This document shows positions 27,855 to 53,116 of a DNA stretch of 64,000 nucleotides, piece after piece; positions within the stretch are counted from its first letter, which is position 1, and each line of letters opens with the position of its first letter. This stretch comes from Polyangia bacterium (GTDB lineage: Bacteria > Myxococcota_A > Polyangia > Palsa-1104 > JAEUJZ01), in the NCBI GenBank assembly GCA_046351595.1, contig JAXLYE010000002.1, positions 1,304,022 to 1,368,021 on the forward strand, read 5' to 3'. Made by a program: the position numbers and the translations under genes. A model generated the notes under the pieces. It did not search any database and was not told the origin of the DNA. It worked only from the letters and a program-made list of their open reading frames with translations.

Positions 27855-29020
27855 CAGAGACGAGCGCGTTCGGCGCGCGGGGTGTGGTGCTGCGCATCGG
27901 CTTAGGGCTCGGGCTCGTGCTGTGCGGCGCGAGCGCGGCGTGCAGCTCGTCGCACGGCAGCGCGGCGCCGCTGGCCCAGAGCGCGGCGCCCCCGCCCGAG
28001 CCGCAGAGCGTGACGACCGCCTGGGTCGCGACGCAGCCGGCCGCGGGCGCGGTGCTCTCGGAGCTGCCGGCGCGGGTGCTGATCCCGCCGGGCGCGCGCG
28101 CCGAGATCATGGCGCCCTTCCGCGCCCAGGTCGCGCAGATCCTGGTCGAGCCCGGGCAGCGTGTGAGCGCCGGGACGCCGCTGGTCACGGTGCTGATGCC
28201 CGAGGTGCTGCGGGCCGCGGGCGCGCTGCAGGCGGCGGCGCTGCGCATCACCGCCTACGAGCAGCGCCGCGATCAGCTCGCGGTGCTGCGCAGCGAGGGG
28301 CTGGCCCGGCTCGCGGACGCGGCGGAGGTGGCGGCGTCGCTGGCCGATGCGCGCGCCGCGCAGCGGGAGGCGCTGGCGGTGCTGCGGGCGGCGGGCCTCG
28401 GTGCCGCGGAAGCGGCCGCGCTCGCCGAGGGCAGCGGCCGCGCCGCGCTGCGCAGCCCCATCGACGGCATCGTCACCGAGGTCGGCGCCGCCCTCGGCCA
28501 GATCCAGGAGCCGGGCGCCGCGCCGCTCGTGCGCATCGCGGGGCAGGGCGCGGCGCGGGTCGAGGCGCGGCTGCCGCCGCTCGGCACCGCCGCGCTGCGC
28601 TACGAGCTTGTGACCGCGGACGGCGGGCGCTGGCCGCTGCGGCTGCGCGAGCGCGCGCCTGTGCTCGATCCGCGCGACGGCACCGCGCTGGCGTGGCTGG
28701 AGCCGGAGGCCGGTGCGGCGCCGCTGCTGGGCGGGCAGACCGGGCGCGTGCGCGTGCTCCTGGCCGAAGACGACGCGGCCCGGGGCGCGGACGTGCCGCT
28801 GCTCTTGCCGGCGCGCGCGGTGCGCCTGAGCGCGACGCAGGCCGAGGTGCGACGGCGGCGCGGCGACGAGCCGGCGGCGTGGGTACCGGTGACGGTGCTG
28901 GCCAGCGCGGTCGGGCAGTCCGTGGTGCGCGGCCGCGAGCCGGGCGCGCTCGTGCCCAGCGATCGGGTCGCCGCCGACGCCGCGCAGGTCGATGCCGAGG
29001 GCGGCGGAGGTGCGCCGTGA
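27851..29020 (+). CDS. Efflux RND periplasmic adaptor (membrane fusion protein, CzcB/CusB-like)
   Basis: The topology is HlyD-like with a lipoyl/beta-barrel hairpin, and the gene is translationally coupled to the genes on either side. Confidence 0.8.
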   Translation: MTETSAFGARGVVLRIGLGLGLVLCGASAACSSSHGSAAPLAQSAAPPPEPQSVTTAWVATQPAAGAVLSELPARVLIPPGARAEIMAPFRAQVAQILVEPGQRVSAGTPLVTVLMPEVLRAAGALQAAALRITAYEQRRDQLAVLRSEGLARLADAAEVAASLADARAAQREALAVLRAAGLGAAEAAALAEGSGRAALRSPIDGIVTEVGAALGQIQEPGAAPLVRIAGQGAARVEARLPPLGTAALRYELVTADGGRWPLRLRERAPVLDPRDGTALAWLEPEAGAAPLLGGQTGRVRVLLAEDDAARGADVPLLLPARAVRLSATQAEVRRRRGDEPAAWVPVTVLASAVGQSVVRGREPGALVPSDRVAADAAQVDAEGGGGAP

Positions 29021-32000
29021 GCGAGCTCCCTGTGGCCGCTGATCTGGCTGAAGATGCGACCCCGGCCCGCGGCTCGGCGGTCGGCGCGCTGGTGCGGCTG
29101 GCGGTGCGGAAGCGCGGGCTGGTGCTGCTGGCGACCGCGCTCTTGATCGCCGCCGCGATCTTCGGCACAAGCCGCCTCAAGCTCGACGCGCTGCCCGACG
29201 TCACCAACAACCAGGTGCTGGTGCTGACCCGCGCGCCGGGCCTGTCTCCCGAGGAGATCGAGCGGCTCGTGACGCGCCCGCTCGAGACCGCGCTCGGCGG
29301 CATGCCCGGCCTCGTCGAGCTGCGCAGCCTCTCGCGCTACGGGATTTCGGCGCTGACCGCGATCTTTGCCGATGACGTGCCACCGCTCGCGGCGCGCCAG
29401 ATCGTGCAGGAGCGGCTGGTCACGGTGGCGCTGCCGCCCGGCGTCGACGTGCCCGCGCTCGGCCCGCTGACCGGCGGGCTGGGCGAGGTCTTCCACTTCG
29501 CGCTCGCCTCGCCGCAGCGCACGCCGGCCGAGCTGCTCGAGCTGGCGACGCTCAAGGTCGCGCCGCGGCTGCGCTCCGTCCCGGGCGTCGTCGAGGTCAA
29601 CACCTGGGGCGGCAAGGAGCGGCGGCTCGAGGTGCGCGCGGACGCGGTGGCGCTGGCGGCGCGCGGCCGGACGCTCGGTGAGCTGGAGCGGGCGCTCGCC
29701 GACGCCATCGGGTCCACCGCGGGCGCGAGCCTGGCCGCGGGCTCGGGGCAGGCGCTCCTGCGCGCGGTGTTCCGCCCGCGCACGCCGGCCGAGCTGTCGG
29801 CGCTCCTCGTGCCCGCTGACGGCGCCGCCCGCGTCCGCATCGGCGACGTCGCCACCGTCGTCGAGGGCGAGGCGCCGCGCCTGGGAGCGGCGACGCGCGA
29901 CGGCCGCGGCGAGGTCGTCTACCTGATGGCGCAGATGCTGCGCGGCGAGAACGCGCTGGAGGTGCTGCGCGGCGTCCACGCCCGCATGACCGAGCTGCGC
30001 GCCCTGCTGCCGCCCGACGTCCGCATCGAGGTCATCTACGACCGCAGCGTGCTCGTGAATGCGACGCTGCGCACCGTCGGCAAGAACCTGCTCGAGGGCG
30101 GCCTGCTGGTCGGCGCGGTGCTGCTGCTGCTCCTGGGCAGCCTGCGCGCCGGGCTCTTGGTCGCGCTGGCGATCCCGCTGTCCATGCTCGGTGCGGCGTC
30201 GGCGATGGCGCTGCTCGGCGTGCCGGGCAACCTGATGAGCCTGGGCGCCGTCGACTTCGGCCTGCTGGTCGACGGCGCGGTGGTGCTCGTCGAGCACCTG
30301 TTCCACCCCGGCCGCCCGCGCGCGCCCGGCGAGCCGCCCGTGCCCTGGGCCGCCACCCTCGCCGAGCGCGCGGCCGAGGTGGCGCAGCCGGTGCTCTTCT
30401 CGGTGCTGATCATCGTGCTGGTGTACCTGCCGGTGCTGCTGCTCGGCGGCGTCGAGGGCAAGATGTTCCGGCCGATGGCGGTGACCGTGGTGTGCGCGCT
30501 CCTGACGTCGCTGGTGCTGGCGCTGACCGCGATCCCGGCGGCGGCGGTCCTGGTGCTGCGCCCGCAGGATCTCTTGCCGCGCCGGCCGCCGCTGCTGCTG
30601 CGCGTGGCGCAGCGCGTATACCGGCCGCTGCTCGCCGCAGCGCTGGCCCGGCCGCTATACGTCGCGCTCGCGGCGGCGGCGCTGCTCGCAACAGGCGGCG
30701 CGCTGTACGTGCGCGCGGGCAGCGAGTTCATCCCGCAGCTCGACGAGGGCGACCTGGTCATTCAGACTACGCGGGCCGCCGACATCTCGCTCGACAGCGC
30801 GGTGCGCGCGGCGGGCCGGCTCGAGACCACGCTGCGCGCCGTGCCCGAGGTGCAGGCGGTGGTCTCGCGCATCGGCAGCCCCGCGGTCGCGACCGACATC
30901 ATGGGCCTGGAGCAGGCCGACGTCTTCGTCTCGCTGCGGCCGCGCAGCGGCTGGCGCCCGGGCCTCACCCGCGACGCGCTCATCGCCGAGCTGCAGCACC
31001 GCCTCGCAGCCGGCGCGCCCGGCGGCGAGCCCTCGTTCACGCAGCCGATCCAGATGCGCTTCAACGAGATCCTCGCCGGCGCCGTGACCGATGTCGTGAT
31101 CAGCGTATACGGAGAGGACCTCGCGCAGCTGCAGCGCCTCGCCGAGTCGGTGGCGCGCGCCTGCGCCGCGGAGCCCGGGGCCGCGGACGTGCGCGTGCTG
31201 GCGCCGCCGACCGTGCCGCTGATCGAGGTCAGGCCGCGCCTGCTCGATGCGGCGCAGGCAGGGCTTCTGGCCGGTGACGTGCTGGCCGCCACCGAGGCGC
31301 TGCGCAGCGGCCGCCTGGTCGGCACGAGCTTCGACGGGCCGGTGCGCCTGCCGGTGGTGCTGCGCCTGGGTGCGAGCGAGCCGGACGCGTTCGCGCTGCC
31401 GCAGGTGGCGCTGCCGCTCGGCGGAGCCGGTACCGTGTCGCTCGGGCGCGTCGCGGACATCGAGCAGAAGGACACGCCCGCGCTCATCCACCGCCACAAC
31501 GGCGAGCGGCGCCTGCTCGTCGGCTTCAACGTGCGCGGCGCGGACCTCGGCTCGCTGCTCGAGCGCGCCGAGGCGCGGGTGCAGCGCGAGGTCAAGCTGC
31601 CGCCCGGCTACCGCCTGAGCTGGGGCGGTCAGTACGAGACGCTGCAGGATGCGCGCGCCCGCCTGCGTGTGCTCATCCCGTCGGTGCTGCTGCTGATCGT
31701 GGGGATCCTGTGGCGGCTGTTCCGCAGCCTGCGCGCGGCGCTCATCCTGTTCCTGGCGGTGCCGTTCGCGGGGACCGGCGGCATGATCGCGCTCGCGTGC
31801 CGCGGCCTGCCGGTTTCGATCTCGGCGGCCGTAGGCTTCATCGCGCTCTCGGGCATCGCGGTCTTGAACGGCGTGGTGCTGATGGCGCGCCTGCTCGAGC
31901 TGGAGCGCTCCGGGCGCTCGCCGCGCGAGGCCGCGGCCGAGGCTGCGAGCACGCGCATGCGGCCGGTCCTGATGACGGCGCTGGTCGCGGCGCTGGGCTT

Positions 32001-32148
32001 CGTGCCGATGGCGCTGGCCGAGGGCGTGGGCGCCGAGGTGCAGCGGCCGCTGGCGACCGTGGTGGTCGGCGGCCTGGTCACCTCGACGGCGCTGACGCTG
32101 CTGGTGCTGCCGAGCCTGTACCCGCTGCTGGCGCGGCGCCGGCGCTGA
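29017..32148 (+). CDS. Heavy-metal efflux RND permease (CzcA/CusA, HME family)
   Basis: Its GTG start overlaps the adaptor stop. It has 12 TM helices and two large periplasmic loops. DALPDVTNNQVLVLTRAPGLSPEEIE is typical of CzcA/CusA. Confidence 0.85.
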   Translation: MSELPVAADLAEDATPARGSAVGALVRLAVRKRGLVLLATALLIAAAIFGTSRLKLDALPDVTNNQVLVLTRAPGLSPEEIERLVTRPLETALGGMPGLVELRSLSRYGISALTAIFADDVPPLAARQIVQERLVTVALPPGVDVPALGPLTGGLGEVFHFALASPQRTPAELLELATLKVAPRLRSVPGVVEVNTWGGKERRLEVRADAVALAARGRTLGELERALADAIGSTAGASLAAGSGQALLRAVFRPRTPAELSALLVPADGAARVRIGDVATVVEGEAPRLGAATRDGRGEVVYLMAQMLRGENALEVLRGVHARMTELRALLPPDVRIEVIYDRSVLVNATLRTVGKNLLEGGLLVGAVLLLLLGSLRAGLLVALAIPLSMLGAASAMALLGVPGNLMSLGAVDFGLLVDGAVVLVEHLFHPGRPRAPGEPPVPWAATLAERAAEVAQPVLFSVLIIVLVYLPVLLLGGVEGKMFRPMAVTVVCALLTSLVLALTAIPAAAVLVLRPQDLLPRRPPLLLRVAQRVYRPLLAAALARPLYVALAAAALLATGGALYVRAGSEFIPQLDEGDLVIQTTRAADISLDSAVRAAGRLETTLRAVPEVQAVVSRIGSPAVATDIMGLEQADVFVSLRPRSGWRPGLTRDALIAELQHRLAAGAPGGEPSFTQPIQMRFNEILAGAVTDVVISVYGEDLAQLQRLAESVARACAAEPGAADVRVLAPPTVPLIEVRPRLLDAAQAGLLAGDVLAATEALRSGRLVGTSFDGPVRLPVVLRLGASEPDAFALPQVALPLGGAGTVSLGRVADIEQKDTPALIHRHNGERRLLVGFNVRGADLGSLLERAEARVQREVKLPPGYRLSWGGQYETLQDARARLRVLIPSVLLLIVGILWRLFRSLRAALILFLAVPFAGTGGMIALACRGLPVSISAAVGFIALSGIAVLNGVVLMARLLELERSGRSPREAAAEAASTRMRPVLMTALVAALGFVPMALAEGVGAEVQRPLATVVVGGLVTSTALTLLVLPSLYPLLARRRR

Positions 32149-32232
32149 GCAGCGCGGTCGCGGCACCGCCGGCGTCAAAGCGATCCGCGCCCGCCCCGCG
32201 CCGCAGCAAAGAGGAGCGCCCAGCAACGGCAG

Positions 32233-35903
<3,671 letters not shown>

Positions 35904-35904
<1 letters not shown>

Positions 35905-35940
35905 GACATCGTTCTAAAATTAGAACATCGTCCTAAATCC
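35904..35940. terminator. AT-rich imperfect palindrome (AGGACatcgTTCTAAaaTTAGAAcatcGTCCT) at the convergent junction of the kinase remnant and malQ
   Basis: Seen directly, between the stop codons at 35904 and 35977. It may be a bidirectional terminator or a protein-binding site. Confidence 0.35.
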
Positions 35941-35976
35941 GGTGCGTGATCGTCGCTGAAGGCGGCCTTTGGTGCG

Positions 35977-37865
35977 CTAGCCCCGCAGCGCCGCGGCCAG
36001 GGCATCGAGCCGCGCCAGGAGCTCGGCGTGCTCGGCTGCGAACCCCGCGCCGCGCGCGCGCACGGCCAGCGCCAGGGCCAGCGGCAGGTTGAGCGCGGCG
36101 TCCTTGCGCAGGCGCGCGCGGTAGTCCGCCGCGTAGTCCGCCGGCACGCGCAGGAACCAGTTCTGCTCGTCGACGGTGCCGGGGCGGTTGTAGATCTGCT
36201 TGAGGCCGAGCAGGTCGGCGAAGAAGACCATGACGTTCTCGGCGCGGCTGGCCAGCAGATCCGCGAGCTTGGCCTGGACCAGGAGGTTCGGATCCGCGGC
36301 CAGGCGCGCGCCGAGCTCGGCGCGTGCGCCCGCATCCGGCGACAGGCGCTCGGCCAGGTACGCGGCCTGCGCGCCCGCGGCCGCCCCGGCCCGCGCCCAG
36401 CCCTCGGCCAAAAGCCAGATCGGCGGCGTGTCGTGGTTCCCCATCATGATCCAGTCCGCGGGCTCGGCGTTCTCGCTGCGGTACACGTCCTCGCGGCGGT
36501 AGAGATCGGCCTTCTGCGTCACACGGAAGCGGCCCATGCGGTGGCGCTCCATCACCCGGCGCAGCGGGTAGGGCAGGGTGCTCAGCACCTCGCACAGCAC
36601 CTCGCGCCCGGCCGCGGCCTCGACGATGGTGTCGATGAGCAGGGTGTAGCGCGCGACCTGGCCGTCGTCGAGCTCGCGCACCCAGCCGTCGTCGTAGCGC
36701 GCCACGTCGCGGCGCAGCTGCTCGGGCCGCGCGATGGCGTAGCGGCCGAGCGCGGGGTGATCCGGCAGGTCCGGCGAGTCGAACAGCCGCGCGCCGCCCT
36801 GCACCGCGCGCAGCGGGTCCGGATCCGCTGCGCGGTAGACCCACGGGCACACCAGGCCGTGCGGGTGATCGATGCGCACGCCGTCGAACTCGCCGAGCAG
36901 CTTGCCGACCCGCGCCGCGATCAGGCGCAGCGCCGGGCCGGGCGCCTGCGGCGTGCCGTACTGCTGCGGGTCGAGCACCGGGTAGCTCCACGGCTGCCCG
37001 TCGGGGTTGGTGCGGCTCGGCGGCGCGCCCATCAGGTAGTCGGTGAGGAACAGCGCGCCGTAGGCCCAGCGATCCTGCACGGACAGGCCGATCTGCAGGT
37101 CGCCGTATACGATGAGGCCGAGCCTGCGCGCGAGCGCCTGCAGGCCGCGGTGCTGCTCGTGCGCGAGGTACTGGCAGAAGGTGTAGAAGCCGATCTCGTC
37201 GGCGTGGCGCTTCGCCAGCGCCTCGCGGCGCAGCATCGCCGGCACGTCGAACCCGGGCGCCGGAAAGAACAGGCGGCGATCGAGCGGCGCCGCGGGGCCC
37301 TGCCAGTGATCGGGGTGGCGGTCGCCGTACTCGCGCAAGAGCGCCGCGAACAGCGCGTCGCGCTCGAGCCACGGCCGCGCCGCCGCGGCGAACGCCTCGA
37401 TCCTCGGGCGCAGCGACGGCTGCGACGGGAGCGCGGCGTACGCCCGGCGCAGCGCCTGCTCCTGCGCGTCGAACAGGTAGCGGTAGCCGGCGAGGCCGCT
37501 CGCGCCCGGTGGCCGGTTTGCGATCACGGACTCGAGCGCCGCGCGCTCGAGCAGCGGCTCGGCGCCGTCCACGAGCGCCGGCAGCGCGATCGACAGCAGG
37601 CTCTTTGAGAAGATCGTGCCGTCGTAGGGCGAGGGGTTCATGCGGCTGGTCTGCCCCTGCGGCCCGAGCAGGACGCCGTTGAAGCCGAGCGCCCGGGCGA
37701 AGCCGAGAAAGTCCGCGGCGCCGCGGCCGTACGGGCTGCCGCGGCCCGTGTCCTCGCCCGGCGCGCTCGGGAAGCTGGCGTCGTGGATGGCGAGCACCAG
37801 GCGGCGCTTGCCCAGCGCCGCGAGCGCGTCCGCGACCAGGCGGTCCTGCTCCGCGACGAGCTCGC

Positions 37866-37869
<4 letters not shown>
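35977..37869 (-). CDS. malQ: 4-alpha-glucanotransferase (amylomaltase, GH77)
   Basis: The length and GH77-like N-terminal pattern (SPYGRG...[15 protein letters not shown]...[11 protein letters not shown]) fit the family. Its start overlaps the treS-pep2 stop. Confidence 0.8.
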
Positions 37870-41249
<3,380 letters not shown>

Positions 41250-41465
41250 CGAGCCTCCCTGTTGTCCGCGTACTTCACCTTCATGCGATGACCGTCCGAA
41301 GAACAGTATGAAATGCGACCCGTCTGCAACCAGCCGTTTTGCAGCCCAGGGGAACGCCCGATGGGTACTCCCCGATGGCTGGTTTCGGCGCCCGCTCCCT
41401 CGGGGAATCACAGAGGGAATCCGATTGAGCGGGTCGTAGGTTGGCGCTAGCTTCTCTGCTACTTC

Positions 41466-46477
<5,012 letters not shown>

Positions 46478-46481
<4 letters not shown>

Positions 46482-48265
46482 GCGCGCGAGCCCGCCTGCC
46501 GGTCCTCGGCGCGCAGCTCGAGGACGGCGCCACTCGCTTCGGCCTGTTCTCGACGACGGCACGCAGCTGCGCGGTGCAGCTCTACGGGACCGCGGGCGAG
46601 CGCCTGGCCGCGCACGCGATGACACCGGTCGCGGACGGTCCCTTCGACGGCTACTTCGAGTGCCTGCTGCCCGGCGTCGGCCGCGGCGCGCGCTACCGGT
46701 TCGTGCTGGACGAGCGCGAGCTGCCCGATCCCTACGCGCGCTTCCTGCCGGAGGGCGTGCACGGGCCCGCGGAGGTCGTCCCGCTTGTGCACCGCTTCGT
46801 GCACCCGAACGTGGCGCGGCCGCTGCGCGAGCACGTGCTGTACGAGCTGCACGTCGGCACCTTCACTGCCGCCGGCACGTACGCCGCGGCGATGGCGAAG
46901 CTGCCGTTGCTGGTCGAGCTCGGGGTGAGCGCCGTCGAGCTTTTGCCGCTGGCCGCGTTCGCGGGGCGGCGCGGCTGGGGCTACGACGGCGTGGCGCTGT
47001 TCGCGCCGTTCGCTCCCTACGGCACGCCGGACGAGCTGTGCGCCTTCATCGACTGCGCGCACGGGCTCGGCCTGGCCGTGATCCTCGACGTCGTCTACAA
47101 CCACTTCGGCCCGGCCGGCAACTACCTGTCGGCCTACAGCCCGCAGTACTTCACTTCGGCGATCAAGAGCGCCTGGGGCGACGCGCCCGACTTCGCGCAC
47201 CCGGCGATGCGCCGGCTGGTCCTCGACAACGCGCTGTACTGGCTGCGCGACTTCCGCTTCGACGGGCTGCGCCTGGACGCGACGCACACGATCGTCGATC
47301 CGTCCTCGACGCACGTGCTGCGCGAGCTCGCCGAGCAGGCCGCGCTGCTGCGCCCGCACCGCCTGCTCATCGCCGAGGACGAGCGCAACGAGCCGGCGCT
47401 GGTCACCGAGCTGGGCCTGGACGCGATCTGGGCCGACGACTTCCACCACGCGGTGCACACCACGCTCACCGCCGAGCAGGACGGCTACTATTGCGCGTAC
47501 CCGCCCGGCGCACAGCGCATCGCCGACGCGATCACCTCCGGCTGGAGCTACCGCGGCGAGATCTTCCCGCTGACGAAGCGGCCGCGCGGCAAGCCGGCCG
47601 AGGCGCTGCCGGCCGAGGCGTTCGTCTACTGCCTGCAGAACCACGACCAGATCGGCAACCGCGCCCTCGGCGAGCGCCTGAACCAGCTCGTCCCGCCCGA
47701 GGCGTACGCGCTGGCCTCGGCGCTGCTGTTGCTGCTGCCGATGACGCCGCTCTTGTTCATGGGGCAGGAGTGGGCCGCGTCCTCGCCCTTCCGGTACTTC
47801 ACCGATCACGACAACGAGCTCGGGCGCGCGGTCTCGATCGGCCGGCGCGAGGAGTTCAAGCACTTCGCCGCGTTCGCGGATCCGGCGCTGCGCGAGCGCA
47901 TCCCCGACCCGCAGGCCGACGAGACGTTCCGCGGCTCGGCGCTGCGCTGGGACGAGCGCGAGCTTTCGCCGCACCGCCACGTGCTCGCGCTCTACACCGC
48001 GCTGATCCGGCTGCGGCGCGAGGATCCGGTGCTGCGCACGTGCACGCGCGGCGGGCTGGTGGCGCAGGCGCACGGCGAGCTTTTGGTGGTGCGGCTGCGA
48101 TGCGCGAGCGGCGAGCGCACCCTGCTCGCCAACTTCAGCGCGCAGCCGCTGCGATCGCTGCCCGCGGAGCTTGTCGATGGCCAGCGGGTGCTGTTCCGCA
48201 CCGGGCCGGCCGGCGAAGATCTGCGCGCGGGCCTCGCCGGCTACGAGGCCGCGCTGTGCGGCTGA
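46478..48265 (+). CDS. treZ: Maltooligosyl-trehalose trehalohydrolase
   Basis: GH13 TreZ pattern ([10 protein letters not shown]...GVSAVELLP...[12 protein letters not shown]...GLRLDATH). Its ATG overlaps the treX-treY stop. Confidence 0.9.
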
Positions 48266-48292
48266 GCCGCGAGCTCGGGCCGGGCGGCGCGG

Positions 48293-49378
<1,086 letters not shown>

Positions 49379-49420
49379 CCTGCTCTCCTCGCTGCGTCGC
49401 GGCTCGGCCGCGGCCGCGCG

Positions 49421-50053
<633 letters not shown>

Positions 50054-50074
50054 TGCCAGAACAGATGTCGTAAG

Positions 50075-50097
50075 GCCCCGCTCGTACGTCGCGGGGC
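50075..50097. promoter_or_regulatory. GC-rich hairpin (GCCCCGC-N9-GCGGGGC) in the ribA 5' leader, 22 nt upstream of the start codon
   Basis: Seen directly. Confidence 0.35.
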
Positions 50098-50295
50098 TTC
50101 GTTTCTTAGCACAGCCCGGCGGCGACCGTGCCGGAAACGCGCGACCGGCCCGCTGCCTGCCTCGCCGCCCCGCGAATCCGCCGCAGTGACCCCTCGCCGC
50201 GGCAACCCCTGGCCGCGGTAACCGTCGAGCGCTGCTGGATCAATCGCCGGCGGGGTTGCGGGGTCGACGGCAGGACGTTACCTTGCCGGGTAGCC

Positions 50296-50841
50296 ATGGC
50301 ACTCCGCAAGATCGTCCGCTTCCCCAATCCCTTTTTGCGCCAGCCCACGCGCGAGGTGCAGGGCATCGACAAGGCCGTACGCACGCTGATCGACGACATG
50401 ATGGAGACGATGTGCGACGTCAACGGCGCCGGCCTCGCGGCCATCCAGGTCGGCGCCTCCGAGCGCATCTTCATCATCGAGGCCACCGCCGCCGGCGGCG
50501 AGCCGACCGACCAGCCCAAGGTCTTCATCAACCCCAAGCTCGAGCTCTTCTCGTCGGAGACCGACGTCAAGGACGAGGGCTGCCTGTCCTTCCCGAGCAT
50601 CTTCATCCCGGTCAAGCGCTCGCTCAAGGTCCGGGTCAGCGCGCTCGACATCGACGGCAACCCGTTCACGCTCGACACCGAGGACTTCTACGCGCGCGCC
50701 ATCCAGCACGAGCACGATCACCTGATCAACAAGCTGCTCTTCGACTATGCCGGGCCGCTCAAGAAGCAGATGATCAAGCGCAAGCTGGACAAGATGACCG
50801 ACGAGGAAGCCTACGAGCTTTTGGCGCGCCACGGCGACTAG
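50296..50841 (+). CDS. def: Peptide deformylase
   Basis: Motifs GAGLAAIQVG, EGCLS and QHEHDH are present. Confidence 0.9.
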   Translation: MALRKIVRFPNPFLRQPTREVQGIDKAVRTLIDDMMETMCDVNGAGLAAIQVGASERIFIIEATAAGGEPTDQPKVFINPKLELFSSETDVKDEGCLSFPSIFIPVKRSLKVRVSALDIDGNPFTLDTEDFYARAIQHEHDHLINKLLFDYAGPLKKQMIKRKLDKMTDEEAYELLARHGD

Positions 50842-50871
50842 GCGCCGGGCGTCCGACGGAAGCGGCGGCGC

Positions 50872-52860
<1,989 letters not shown>

Positions 52861-53116
52861 GCTGGGTTCCGCGGTCGCCCGACGGTGCCGGCTCGGTTCG
52901 CGGAGCCGGTCGGGTCGACGCTGCCGATAAGGTGCCTTCGGGTTGCTGAATAAATACCGCGCACTTTCCGGGGCCGGCGAAAAAACACCGCGAAAAACGG
53001 CCGTGGCGGCCTGCCTGCCAGGTGTGCTGCCGTCGAACCGGACTCAGCTTCTCGACGCGACAGGTGCGCGCGAGCCTTGCACAACGCGGTTGAAGGCGCG
53101 AGGCGACCTTGCTCAA

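Noticed and set aside
50054-50295. FMN riboswitch in front of ribA
   Set aside because: The leader lacks the conserved FMN-aptamer elements. Only a generic GC hairpin is present.
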